Position numbers and translations under genes: made by a program | Assembly (NCBI RefSeq): GCF_006345805.1 | Contig: NC_042998.1 | Location: 115,444,001-115,508,000 of the forward strand | Length of the DNA stretch: 64,000 nucleotides | Direction of reading: 5' to 3' | Source: Octopus sinensis | Taxonomy: Eukaryota | The notes under the pieces: model-generated | The model's input: the letters and a program-made list of their open reading frames with translations, nothing else | Database searches by the model: none | Told to the model about the DNA's origin: nothing | In this document: piece by piece, positions 50,738 to 64,000 of the stretch | Numbering within the stretch: the first letter of the stretch is position 1 | Layout of the letters: each line of letters begins with the position of its first letter

Positions 50738-51323
50738 TAGAAAAAGACCCGATTAAAACAACTCGATATAGGAAAGCAATACCTGCTGGGAAACAACGCT
50801 ACTGTTCGGTTTGTTAGAAAAAGCAGCCACTTCTTCAGACTTCACTCCAGTGCCTTAGAAAGAGATACGCTGGATAAAGTGTTCATGGCTACACGACAAA
50901 TAGAAAAATACAGAATGGTCACGGTTAGAATGCTTTTGAGCTCAGATCTCTTTATCTTGACATTATCTGGAGTTAAGCAGCAACAGCGTTACCTTCGTTG
51001 TTGGAAGAAATGGTAGATTTAGTTCAACAACTGTATGTGTCTGATATATTATTTAATCAAAACAAGGTCTGTTAAAGACCCAAAAAGATTTGAACACCGA
51101 ATGTAGTGTAACCTATGTAAATAACACAGGCCTGTCTGTCACATTAAGAAGCTCGCATGGCAAATATGGAGTTCTGAGATCGATTACACAACAGGTTACC
51201 TTTCGCGAGTGTCTTCTTTCATGGACTTAGGCTGACCAATGTCCTGACGGTGGGATTTTGTTGACAGAAACTCAGTACAAAGGTGAAAGAACAAACCAGA
51301 CAAAATAGATTGAGGAAGAGGCC

Positions 51324-51500
51324 GAAGAAGAAGAAAAAGAAGAAGAAGAAGAAGAAGAAGAAGAAGAAGAAGAAGAAGAAGAAGAAGAAGAAGAAGAAGA
51401 AGAAGAAGAAGAAGAAGAAGAAGAAGAAGAAGAAGAAGAAGAAGAAGAAGAAGAAGAAGAAGAAGAAGAAGAAGAAGAAGAAGATGATGATGATGACGAG
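51324..51500. repeat. (AAG)n microsatellite
   Basis: Direct reading. Confidence 0.95.
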
Positions 51501-51889
51501 GATGGTAGCTGTGGTGACAGTGGCGGTGTTGGGTGGTATTAGTGAAAGTGCAGATAGTGGCGGTGCTGGTGATGGTGAACAAGAAAAAGTAAGAGCAAAA
51601 TGTGGCAAAATAGATAAAGGGAAAAAATATAAAAAGAAAACAGTTTGGTGGTGAAAGCAGAAAAACAGCAGCCATTGCTAAAAACGAAAAACAACAATAA
51701 TGACAGCAAGAAAGACAACATCAATTAAGTCGGCAAAAGTCCGAGTAGGGGTTCGTAAACAAACGAAAAAGTTTATAACTTTCACTCAAAAGCTAATATT
51801 TCAAATGATAAAATAGAACAATCAAGAGTTAATATTTCCAAACTTGGTAAACTGGAAACATAAAATACCCCTACACACACACTTATATG

Positions 51890-51948
51890 TTCACATATAC
51901 ATATATCAATACATACATAAATGTATATACGTGTATATATATGTATAT

Positions 51949-51984
<36 letters not shown>

Positions 51985-52008
51985 GTTATATATATATAAT
52001 ATATATAT

Positions 52009-52040
<32 letters not shown>

Positions 52041-52130
52041 CATATATATATATATATATTATATATAATATATATATATTATATATATATCTATATATAA
52101 TATATATATATATGTATGTATGTATAGATA
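51890..52130. repeat. Interrupted (TA)n tract
   Basis: Direct reading. Confidence 0.95.
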
Positions 52131-53055
52131 TACAAAGGTATAAACACACACCATATGCATATACAATAGACGCATATTTGGGCTGATTTGTGATTTAAGC
52201 GCACAAATCAGGAGAATTAGAGATTGGTGAAGGAACACATGAATGCACGTACCTTTATGTGATTGTATGATATTTAGTTTGCGTATATATTTACATATAC
52301 ACACACATATTCGCTTGTGAGTTTATGTTTTGTACATGTATGCCGAGTTGTTTACAAATTTATAGTATCTCCACACATACACATCTTCGTGCATTTACAA
52401 ACGTATTATCATTTATGTACGTATAGAATATATATATATATATATATAATATATATATATTATATATATATATATACATACAAACCCTCACATCGCTAGT
52501 TTTGCCGCGAGCGTTATTGAAATTGTGAATCAAATCTAATAATATTCGGATTGCCTGCCTTAAGGTATTTTCCCTCGGAACTACACGGAATTTCTTGCAG
52601 TGTTTTTGTCTTCTATTTCTCTTGCTAATTTGGACATTACGCTCAAACCAAAGGCGTAAATAAGCGGAAAATCCAGGAAACAATAAATCAAATAAATAAC
52701 AACAAAAACTAAATGCAAACATATAAACACACAAACAATAATAAAAACATCAATAACTTAAACAATAAAAAAATTCTATTTGATTATTTCTGTATAAAAT
52801 CAATAATTTGAGTGGATAAATATAGTCTAGTTTTCTTCACACTTTCTGCTAAATTCCTTTTCCTCTCTCACTCTTCTTTACAGGCACATACATAAATGAA
52901 TACATCCATTCATACATTTATATACACACATACACATACATATCTATATATATGCATATAAATATATACTTACACATATCTATTCTGTATGTGCATATAT
53001 ATATATATCTGTTTATATATGCATACACACACACATACACACACACACACACACA

Positions 53056-53125
<70 letters not shown>

Positions 53126-53269
53126 TAAATACATATGCATGTATGCCCTACGAAGATTCAATTTCGGGTTCAACAGTGTAATGGAAAAGACGGCAATTAT
53201 ATGAGAATTGATAAATGCACTAATTTATTGAAGAAAGCGGCCAAAAACAATGAAAGAAAGGACAAAACT

Positions 53270-53570
53270 AAACAACAACAATAATAATGATAAGGAGGAG
53301 GAAGAGAAGAAGAAGAAGAAGAAGAAGAAGAAGAAGAGAAGAAGAAAAGAAGAAGAGAAGAAGAAGAAAGAAGCAGAAGAAGAAGCAAGAAGAAGAAGAA
53401 AAGAAAGAGAAGAAGAAGCAGAGAAGAAAGAAGAAGAAGAAGAAGAAGAAGAAGAAGAAGAAGAAGAAGAAGAAGAAGAAGAAGAAGAAGAAGAAGAAGA
53501 AGAAGAAGAAAAAGAAGAAGAAGAAGAAAAACAAGAAGAAGAAGAAGAAGAAGAAGAAGAAGAATCGCAA
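53270..53570. repeat. Interrupted (AAG)n tract
   Basis: Direct reading. Confidence 0.95.
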
Positions 53571-54884
53571 AACTAAAATGCAAAATAGAGAAGTACATGC
53601 TAACCACAATTCGTACAAGCTCTACTCTTATCGTCAACCACTAATATAAAATATAAGGAAAGAAGAAGTAATGTGAAAAGTTTTAAAATATTTATAAATG
53701 AATAGTTAAATATACTTGATCTCGAAGTGAACAGTCTTTTTTTTGTATTTTGGTCGTGAATTTCGCGCTAAAAAATTAATTCGGCTGTTTGTGATGGTTG
53801 ACATCTTGCATTCGCAGTGTCTTGTTCATAATCTGAGAATAAATAAAGGAAGAAAGGAAAAAGAAAAAAAGAAACAAAACAAAGCAACACATTGGTAGAG
53901 GAAACCATGATGTTTTTGTTTTTAACTGAAAACAAGTGCTAAAAACTAAGATGAAGAGTTGCCTTGAGGAAATTAACAGATGCTATTGCCAGAATTGAGG
54001 GAAGAAAGAAAAATGAATGGAATGACTTAGTACCTGGTGATGTGAAAATACTAATTACAATAAGGTTTTCAAAATACTGGCACAAGACTGAAAATTTAGA
54101 GAGGTAGAAGTGTGGTTCACTTAATCGAACCCAGCACTTGACTGCTACTCATTTCAAGCGACGCAGCAAAGGAGGGCGGCAAAGACAAACTATCGACCTC
54201 TGACCCTACAAGCAAAAAGGTCAACGCTTGAAACTAAATACCACAAACTGAATTATTAAGAATTCACCGCTTCTGCCATTTACATCTCTGAATATTAATG
54301 ATTTCTGATTTAGACAGAAGAGTCAAGGTTTAAGGGGAAATCAGATACAGGTCTTGACAGCTATTTACTTTATCTGTCTCTTACATTGGAAGATTGGAAA
54401 GAAAAGTTGACACTGGACGAAATTGAACTCAGGACTTAAAGAAAAAGCGTTCGACGTGTAATTTGGTACGGCTTTTTGGCGTTTCTTTCCCTCAGAAGTG
54501 TGGAGTTATATATACTTCCAACAGCGTTACATCTCAAACTATATACACACACTTCACCTCCTTCATTCTCTCTCCCCCTATCTCTTCCCTCTCCCACTCT
54601 CTCTCTCACACACACCATATATATATATATATATACAATTCAGAGGCTGAATTTAAGCTCATATATATGTGTGTGTGTATGTATATATATACATAAACAC
54701 ACACATATGATGAGCTTAAATTCAGCCTCACGCCCTAATGGATTTATAGTAATCCTTTTTAAAATGCAAAGGTGCTCAAGTAAGACCACCCTAGATCCTC
54801 TTCCAAATCTTCCTTCTCAATGAAAAAATTAAAGGAATGAATTTTCCGAAAAAATTAAAGGAATGAATATCTCCAATCGATTAA

Positions 54885-56060
54885 GAAGGAAGTAGGGCAA
54901 GTACTGAAAATCATAGGCCTGTGTCTTTAATCTCACGTATTAATTAAGTCGTGAAATGCATTGTTAGGATGTTGCTGATCATGTTCCTACAAAATAATGA
55001 AACTTGCCCTTATACCCAGCTTGGCTTCTACTCAGGAAGAAGCTGACTTACACGAATTCTACAGTATTATGACTGGGCGTTGAAACCACATATGACTGGC
55101 CCAAACATGGATCTGATATATGTCGATTTTGGAAAAACCCTTGAGAAGGTTGAACACCAGTTAATATGTCAGAAGCAACGCGGCGTCGGCATAGTTTGGA
55201 AACTGGGAGAGTGATTGCATTATTTCTTAAGAGAGAAGACAGGCTGTGGCAGTGAATAGGGCCCTCCCAAGAAGATATTAATAGCTTTTGCAGGTAACTC
55301 TCTTGGGGCTGCTGTTGTTCTTTGTGGCTGTTTCACAGGCCATGAGGTACACTAATATACCCTCTAACTAGCTGTGCCGACGAAAGCAAAGTAGCACAAA
55401 TAGTCAAGTTTCCTCTCGAGGAGGCTAGTGTTCAACAAAAATACTTAGATATAAATGGGCTGAAGAAAACAGCATGCAATTTAATGCATGAATATCCCAA
55501 ATGTAGTAATATAAAAAGTAATCTAGTGCAAAAGTGCAGCAATACTATAGTCAAACACTGTGCTTGACCTGAAGGTTGTTATGAACTACGATGCTTTGTT
55601 TCTTGTACATATCACCTAGATGGTGACAATGTATAGGCAAAAAAAAAAAAAACAGATGTTTTCTCAGAAATTCAGAACAAACGACAAAGAAAATATGCAG
55701 GAGCTATGGAAATCATTTGTTCTCAACCGTCTAGACTTCTATTGTAAATTATGGTCACACCAGTGTTAAATTAATGGTGAACTCGAGGCATTGCAGCTGT
55801 GCTACACCAAAAAGATTGCATTAACGAAACAGTTGGACTACTGGGAGACACTAAACAAATTACGACTCTACTTCCTGGAGCAAAGACGAGCGAGATATGC
55901 GGTGGTATACATAAGAAACATCCCAAAGTCGCTGGTTCCATAATTTGGATCGAGACTTATACAAGTCGCCGCAAGATCGAGAGTCATACATGCCCTCGTT
56001 ATACAAAACACCAAAAGCCCCCTATATGGATATGGCCACTGAAAAGGTGATCATACTAGT
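54885..56060 (+). mobile_element. Degraded CR1-like LINE RT region
   Basis: ENHRPVSLIS, TQLGFYSGRS*LT, DLIYVDFGKTLEKVEH (cf. NYRPVSLTS, QHGF..GRSCLT, DVIYLDFAKAFDKVDH); downstream part parallels 6374-7326. Confidence 0.75.
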
Positions 56061-56529
56061 GTTGTCCCAGCATATACAGTTGTAATCAAGTCGGTAAAGA
56101 AAAGGAAAAGAAATTGTCAAGACTACAGCTGTTTCAAAACGAACATATTATATAACATCTGTAATGTTATAGGATATGCATTCAGTGCGCCTTTTAAAAC
56201 TGCTGTAATGCTTGACTACTTCCTTCATTGCTTTCATTTATAGACTTAATTATCGCTTAATAAGTAATATTTATTGCTTTCGAACAGGAGTTGTATAGCG
56301 TCTATCATCATATCGGGATTTTTTGTCTAATCTCGATATGGGAGAAAGTGTATCTGATGAATTGATTAATAAACTTTGTTGATCAACCAATTATCGATTC
56401 AATTTATTTTCTTTACAAATCTTATTTATTATAGCTATTAATTAATATTTTCACCACGATCGACTAATTGATGCTAATGTATACTGAGTATATATATATA
56501 TTATTTAATTTATTTTTTATTTTTATTTT

Positions 56530-56806
56530 ATCTAGTTTCAGGTCACGAGCTGCGGCCATGCTGGAGCACCGCCATTCAGTGTTGCTACATGATTTTACTT
56601 CACGAGTGCTTTTTAGCAATTGCCATTTGGTACATCAGAGAGTTCGATGCAGCTGCCCTCATCTGCACCTCCTGCCGTAAAGTTGGTTCATCTGGGATAC
56701 CTGACAGGAAGAGATCCAGTTTTATTTTAAAGACATATGCATCCACCCCATGAGGTCTCTCAGGTCCTTCAGGAGTATATTGAAGAGCTGTGGACCTCTG
56801 AAGCCC
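56530..56806 (-). mobile_element. CR1-like LINE 3' end
   Basis: Homologous to 6400-6670 (GAAGAGATCCAGTTT, GAGCTGTGG.CCTCTGAA.CCC); tail GGCGGTGCTCCAGCATGGCCGCAG. Confidence 0.8.
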
Positions 56807-56857
56807 ATGTACATCTATATATATATGTACATATCTATCTATCTATCGATCTATCTA

Positions 56858-56897
<40 letters not shown>

Positions 56898-56898
<1 letters not shown>

Positions 56899-57123
56899 CT
56901 TTATATATAAAGCTGAAGTTGTCTCTGTGTGTGTGGCAGGTTTCGTAGCCTTCCACTAAGACCATCTCCTCCGAGACCCTGCGTATGATAGAAGAAGGCT
57001 TGTTCTTCATTCCGTAGAAGAAAAAATTCAAATCGGACCATGTTAAGACCAAAAATTATTTACATCAAAACGTGCTTTTTTTTTCTATGAAAATCCCTTT
57101 TTTTTACGATTTTTTGATTACTG
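56898..57123 (+). mobile_element. 3'-truncated Helitron, same family as 19376
   Basis: A|TCTTTATATATAAAGCTGAAGTTGTCT... colinear with 19376-19615 apart from an internal deletion; no hairpin or CTRR. Confidence 0.8.
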
Positions 57124-57124
57124 A

Positions 57125-58500
57125 TATTAATTACTTTGACGAGTACAGGTGCAAGTTCTAAGGCGCAATACTTGAATGACATATTGTTATGCCCATCAAC
57201 CACGATTGATAAGGAGGGAGTGAAAGTAATTTTGAAAAAATTTGTCAAATAGGATGAGATGAATTTGAAGAGGATTGGCTAAGGGTGCATTTAACTGAAC
57301 AATGCAATCATTTCATCAATTTAAAAGCAGTGCTATCTTCAGCTGCACAAAATATAGAATTTTTTAACAAGCAGGATACATTAATATAATTTTCCTTAAA
57401 TATTTTAACAAAATCAGAAAATAGAAGAAATTCATGTTGTCGCTAAGCAAAGTGGCTAAGAATAGACTACAATTAGAATTGCATGAAGCATAGTGGGGTC
57501 ATAGATTGTAAAGGTTGTAATTCATTTATAATTTATGTATCTCTTTATCATTTATTAAATATGAGACAAAAACGACTGGGTCAATTTTGAATAAAGAACA
57601 AAAGTGAGTTGACATCTTGGCTAGGAATGGTCGTAAATATTATTATAGGTATCCTTTTCCCCCAAGAGAAAGGAAATAAGAAATAAGAAGAGTCAGTTAA
57701 GAGAGAAGTAACTGTCTATGAAAAAGAGGCTGGGTAGGAGTAGACTAAGTCATGTTGTTAATTACCAGTTAAAAGGGCAAGATACTAAGATGCTAATACA
57801 GGGAAAAGATACTTAAGATGCTAATATTGGGAAAATTTATTAGGGGCACGATGGGGGAACGTTTATAAACAATATTTTTATGTTGTTTAAACCACAATTT
57901 AAGAATTCCAAAATGATATCATAACCAAAATAGCTAAAAGGTGTGTATGTATCAATTATAAACATTAAAAAGGAAGATTATGTAGAATTAGTTTAATAGC
58001 CAATCTTTTACTTAATTAATTAATTATTAGGTGTTTTCTATAAAGACTACTCAAGGAACCTTCATACGGAATATATATATTACTCAAAGAAATTCCAACT
58101 TTGATTTCACGTTTTATTTGGAATCTTATAATAATATAATATAATATGATATAATAAAGTGATAGAATAGTAAATGTCAATTCTGATTGAGCTAATACTT
58201 TCATGCAATAAACAATGCCATCTTCAAGTTCATGCAGTAGTTGTGACAGTTATGTTTGCAATTTACAATTGTAGTGAGATGGTTAAATTGTGTGCCTTAA
58301 ATACATCTGTATAGGCTCCAGAATGGTAAGTTTTGCAAACCGTATTCTGGCCAATCAGTGTGTGGGTTTACTGAATTACTTAGGTTGTTTGGTTTTTGGT
58401 TTAGGCGTCATGGTTTGTTGAACATGTCAAGAGACCTGTTTTATTTTACACTGGCCAAAGCAGTATTTGTTGGGCTAATTTTAGAAATGTTGTAAACAAC
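57125..58500 (-). mobile_element. Ancient LINE ORF2 remnant (endonuclease to RT start)
   Basis: VDGHNNMSFKYCALELAPVLVKVIN resembles GPDGIPN..LK.CA.ELAP.L.KLFN; remainder very decayed. Confidence 0.45.
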
Positions 58501-58859
58501 AATTCCTAGGGATTTTTACATTGCAATTATCATAATCACCATTATCATCTCCTTTATTTTTGTTGTCGTTGGTGGTGGTGGTGGTGGTGGTGTTGGTGGT
58601 GTTGGTAGTGGTAACTGTGGCAATAGAACTCTAAACCCTAAAAATAAGATTATTTTTACTCACTTTTCTCTTGTCTAGGGTAGTATTTTCCTGCTATAGT
58701 CATCATGAGCACCTTTAGTATTGTTGTTGTTGTAAGAGTAGTGATCATAGCAGTAGAAATAGCACATCTAAGTATTAGTCTTATTATATATTTAGCTTGA
58801 GTTGGAATTTATTAATAAAGTTATTTTCTCTGATTTTTCTCTCCATTTCACATGGACCC

Positions 58860-60098
58860 TGTAGTTTGTAGAATAGAAATGTTATAAGTATTTTCCGACT
58901 ACATGTTGTTGCTAGAGGGTTACTCAAAGATATCTGACGGACATCTGGGTCTCTAATTTGCTATCGGTGCACACCTGAAGGTTCTGATAGTACATTTCCA
59001 GTCTGACCTACATATAGGTTCTTCACAATTCGGACATTTGATGCAGTAAATTACATTTATGCTTTTGCAGTTCATACTTGCTTTTGTGAAAACTTTTTCC
59101 GATTTTTGTGTTCATATATTAGCCGGTATGCATGAATTGGCGTGTGCCACATCGGCCATCATTGCATTTAGATACAGTGAATGACTGGTCTTTGTTGCTA
59201 AGGTCAAACTTTCTTTGTTAAGAATTTTTACAAGTTTTTAGACTGTGTTTTACTAAGAACCATAGCTCAATCTGTGATGATATCTTTTAATTCATTACTT
59301 TGAGCAATGATTAGTAGGTTTGCACTGGCAATGTTGAAGATATTCTGGTGACATGGGTTGTGTGTCATTATAAACGATATTACTTGTTCTTGTTTTCCTC
59401 TTCTTTCGGATGTCCTCAGTTGTGGTATGGGTACTTTTATAGCTCGCTGTGTGCCATTTTCCATAATTAGTTCTGTTAGGCGTTTGTTCCTGAAATTTGC
59501 GGCAGTATGGGATGTTGCGTTTGTATGTGGTAGATGGCACGACTTGAATTTCAGGTATTGATGTGTGTCCGTGTTTGTAGTATATATCTGTGGTAACGGT
59601 GGTGTGCGTTTTCATTACCAGTATATCTAGTAATGGTAATTTGGTACTACTCATCTTTGCAAATTGGAGAGTTGGATGTTCAGGAGGATATTGAATCGTT
59701 CAGAGTATTTAGAGATCCTGTCCACATTATGAAACAATTGTCACGGTATCTCTTCCATGACTCTTCAATATATTTTCTAAATTCAGTACTATAGTTTTCT
59801 ATACTTCTTAGTAGAGTTGTTCTAGATATCCCATTACAGAGTTCACGTAAACGGGAGCAAACCTCGTTCCCATCGCCGTGCCTTTAATTTGGGTGTATTT
59901 TTTTCCATTGAAGAAGAATGTGTTGTTTTCCAGAATAAGTCTGACTGTGTCTAGTATAATTGGCACTGTGAATCTGTTGGGGATCACTTCTCAATGTTTA
60001 TCTAACTAGTATTTAATCGCCTTTATTCCTGAATCATGTGGAATAACGGTGTAAAGTCTTAGCACATCAAAACTAAATAGAAGTGAATTTGTTTCAGT

Positions 60099-60100
<2 letters not shown>
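58860..60100 (-). mobile_element. Penelope-like element remnant (RT plus GIY-YIG endonuclease)
   Basis: LFSFDVLRLYTVIPH; LILENNTFFFNGKKYTQIKGTAMGTRFAPVYVNSVMGYLE; WKRYRDNCFIMW; LPLLDILV; CNDGRCGT; MNCKSINVIYCIKCPNC; HRQQIRDP. Cut at its 5' side by a (TA)n tract. Confidence 0.9.
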
Positions 60101-60179
<79 letters not shown>

Positions 60180-60476
60180 TGGATGAAGGCATACATCCAT
60201 TTATATATGAAAAATAACCAAATGGCTGATAGAATGTCTTTGCAGTTAGCAAATGAAACATTCAATGCAATACTTTTCTTTACGGACGAAATTTGCGAGT
60301 CACAACTCAGAGAATTACATTTCACTTTACTAAACACATAATTAGAGTGTGTATGTGAGTGTTGCATATGTGACTGAGTATTTGCTGTATTCAAACACTG
60401 TATTTTTCTACTTAATTCCTTTCTGTTTGTCCCTCTTTGTCTTCGTCACAAAATTAAACATATGCACATAAACTTA

Positions 60477-61288
60477 CAAGGTGAATACCAGGTGTTTTAA
60501 GACTTTTTTAAAGGAGAGGCTGTTATGACTGTCTGAAATTATTGTAATTTTAGCATATCGTTACTGTACATCTAATCAGCTATTTTACAAACTTTCCTTA
60601 CTCCAGATTGAAAGAGGCGGTTGCAACAACACTTTGAACACGTCCCTGCTAAACACTGCTTGTCACAGCTGACTAGTTTGTAGAATGCAGTCGAGACGTG
60701 AAAATAATTTGGAAACTCACCATGCGATAAAGTTTTGTGTCAAGTTGGGTTAAAACGCTACAGAAATTTATGAAATTCTCCCGACTGTTCTTAGATTGAT
60801 TTGTATGAGCTGAGCATCCGTTTTTCACTGGAATAAGAAGCCAACTGGAAGCACATGATGATCTCCTTCGACAGAAAGGACATCCGCTACATGCACTGGG
60901 TCTCCTCGAGCCAAACGTTCAATAAAGTGTACATTGTGGGGGTTTTGGGGAGTTCAGGACGAAATTTCATTGGAAACGGCCAGAACATATTCCCCAGGAC
61001 AATGCACCAGTTTACAATTCCATTCTGGTATTCAAACCCATGACAGAGATGGCCATCAAAACTGTCCCTCATCCTCATTATAGTTCAGATCTTGCTCCCA
61101 GTAATTTTTGGTTGTTCACTAAGCTGAAGAAGATGAAATAGGCAGCAACAAGGGTCTTGGACAGCTTCACTTTAAAGGACTTTAAAGGAGATCAGGGGTT
61201 TCTCCTATGATGGAGGTTAGAATTTTGTTCTTTAAAATTAATTAATGTCACTCCTTGAAAAGAATCAAAACTTTTGGAATGCATCTTG
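60477..61288 (+). mobile_element. Internally deleted mariner (812 bp)
   Basis: TA-flanked degenerate TIRs (CAAGGTGAATACCAGGTGTTTT vs reverse complement CAAGATGCATTCCAAAAGTTTT); MQSRRENNLETHHAIKFCVKLG*NATE; QDNAP; HPHYSSDLAPSNFWLFTKLK. Confidence 0.8.
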
Positions 61289-61473
61289 TATTTAGAAATC
61301 GGCTCCACAACCTTACTTTCAGATATTTATTAGTAACATTCTTTATGTCCTTAAACACACTTAAAGTTTTGTAATTCTCTTTTTCTTTTACTCCATCTCT
61401 GTCTGTCTTGCTCTCTGTCTTACGCGAAATATTACACCCACCCACACCCAGATACCTTCTCGCTTCTCTCTCG

Positions 61474-61520
<47 letters not shown>

Positions 61521-61746
61521 ACACACACACACACACACTCACACACAAACACATAAATGCAGACAGATAACACCAATAATACATCGTCAAGATATACATA
61601 AAATGAGACGAAGGCATTCTAAAACACGTCTTTCTTTTCCCGTGCACTCACACATAAACACTAACGAACAAATACATACGCACACATTTATTTATGTGTA
61701 TATATATATAGCATACACATGCACACGTATTCATATAGAAACATAT

Positions 61747-61794
<48 letters not shown>

Positions 61795-62209
61795 CATATA
61801 CCACGCATACAAACACAAACACATATACACTCATGCACTAGCATAAAGTAATATACAATCAAATTCATATTTATACTCACACGTTCGCACTCTAACCTCG
61901 CCTCATTGATAAACACATGCAAAAAATACACAGAAGCACATACACAAGCGCACACACATTCACACACATACACGCACTCACACACACACATACATACACA
62001 AATATAAATACACATTAAAACAGACGTAGAGTCACCTTCCCACATATGGAACGTCAGATTCACACTTACTGAAATTTAAATACAACACACACACACACAC
62101 ACACACACTCACACGAACATATGCTCACATGCACACACACACTGACACATACAAACATGTACACACAAATACACATACACGGGCACACCAACGCGCACAA
62201 AGTCAACTT

Positions 62210-62240
<31 letters not shown>

Positions 62241-62934
62241 TGTGTGTGTATGTGTGTGTGTGTGTACGTATACACGCACTAAGTAAGAGACAACCACAAA
62301 TTCACATAGTTAATTTTATGTAGATACATATCCGCACGTAAGCGCGTACACACACACACACACACACACATACACACGAACACATACACACACACACACA
62401 ACCCCATACATATACTCACGCATGTATTCGCGGTGCACACGCTCACTCACACTTATGCGCGAGCGCACGTACGCCCATGTTATACTGTAAAACTGATTTC
62501 CGTGGAAAATTTGTTATTTTCAGAACTGAACTGAGAGGCAAAAATGAAACGAAATAAATGAAAAGTGGATGGAAGTACAAAGATGTAATTAACAGGACGT
62601 AAAGAGGACTAAGGGGAGGAGGAGGGGGAGGAGAGGGATGAGGAGGAATAGGAAAAGGGGGAAAGCAAAGCGGTGAGTGGAATGGTAAGGGGAGGTAAGC
62701 GGGATGATAGTGTGGACTAAGAGTAAATAGTGTCTAATTAGAACCAAAAATTTCCAAAGCCGTAGCGGAGGGAGTTTCATGATCTCACCCCACACAACAA
62801 ACGATAAATATATAGATGAATAGATAAATAAATAAATACAACTGTTTTCTGCAGACACGTCTTAGTGGTTCACCAGTAGGTTTCCCTGATTAAGATGTCT
62901 CTACTCAAGACGTTCAAAACGTTTACACATACAC

Positions 62935-63041
62935 CATATATACATACACACGTACATATACATACATACATACATGCATGCATACATACATACATACATA
63001 CATGCATAATACATACATACATACATACATACATACATACA

Positions 63042-63107
<66 letters not shown>

Positions 63108-63377
63108 TATATACATACATACATACATACATACATACATACATAGACACACATACACATATATATAATGTATGTGTGTTTGCATGTTTACACACACATA
63201 TCTATGTACATATGTACGTATATAAGGTGTGTATGTAAACGCTTGAACGACTTGAGTAGGGTGTATATATATATACACGTACATACACATACGTACATAC
63301 ATACATACATGCATACATACATACATACATACATACATACATACACACATACACACATACATACATACATACATCCA

Positions 63378-63410
<33 letters not shown>

Positions 63411-63420
63411 GTAGATGCGT
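62935..63420. repeat. (TACA)n compound microsatellite
   Basis: Direct reading. Confidence 0.95.
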
Positions 63421-63670
63421 ACACATGTACATGACTACATTCACAACTGGATATGGACGGAAGCGTGTGTACAAATATGCACATACCTGCGTGAGATGTG
63501 TGTGCATTTTAGGGACAAGCAAAACACTTATATGCTCGAACACACAGACATACGTAGTGTATCATCGCGGGTTTTGTATATGTGCGTGTGTGCCTGTGTG
63601 TGTTCATGTTTGGGCAAGCGTATCACTTCACACCTAGTACATTGATTTGTCTGTCTGTCGCTGTCTCTCA

Positions 63671-63746
<76 letters not shown>

Positions 63747-64000
63747 GCTTCATATATATATATCTATAATCCAGCTCTCTCGCTCTCTCTCCCTCTGAAT
63801 ATGCATATGTGTGTGTGCCTGTGTGTGTGAGTGTGTATGAATGCGTGCTTGCTTGAGTATGTGTACATGTGTACGTACATATGCACATTTATATGCATAG
63901 AATGAGAAAGGCCTATATATATACATATATTTACTCACAAACACAGGCACACACATGCATACACATACACATACACGCATGCACACACACACACATACGC

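Noticed and set aside
52490-52700. Minus-strand open frame ending at a GTGAGG donor
   Set aside because: Only a weak GAG acceptor and no recognisable protein similarity.
57125-58500. AT-rich block that looked like a mitochondrial insertion
   Set aside because: No mitochondrial gene or tRNA recognisable; a LINE RT-like peptide is present instead.

Overview
AT-rich animal genomic DNA saturated with microsatellites. The SINE, mariner and Penelope repertoire matches my recollection of Octopus (cephalopod) genomes; this is an inference, no search was run. It is not prokaryotic: there are no operons, CRISPR arrays or rRNA. Almost every entry in the supplied ORF track is a translated microsatellite or a transposon fragment. 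Supported content: (1) six mariner relics, including a full-length 1290-bp irritans-type copy (11963-13252) and a 3'-truncated mellifera-type copy; (2) a Helitron cluster (18550-22822) plus copies at 49060 and 56898, with diagnostic A|TC...hairpin-CTRG|T ends, one carrying a decayed RepHel N-terminus behind a spliceable 5' UTR; (3) Penelope-like RT/GIY-YIG remnants; (4) several CR1-like LINE remnants, at least three tRNA-derived SINE families and a hAT MITE; (5) a minimal type I hammerhead ribozyme with a covarying U3:A8 core, at the tip of a ~135-nt hairpin inside a 365-bp unit bounded by 31-bp direct repeats (32278-32673), i.e. a candidate retrozyme or Penelope pLTR and the most interesting signal; (6) a tandem-plus-inverted structured element (43631-44261); (7) scattered candidate exons of an unidentified minus-strand host gene, the best being a symmetric phase 1-1 Ig-like exon (11403-11588). 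Boundaries of degraded repeats are approximate.
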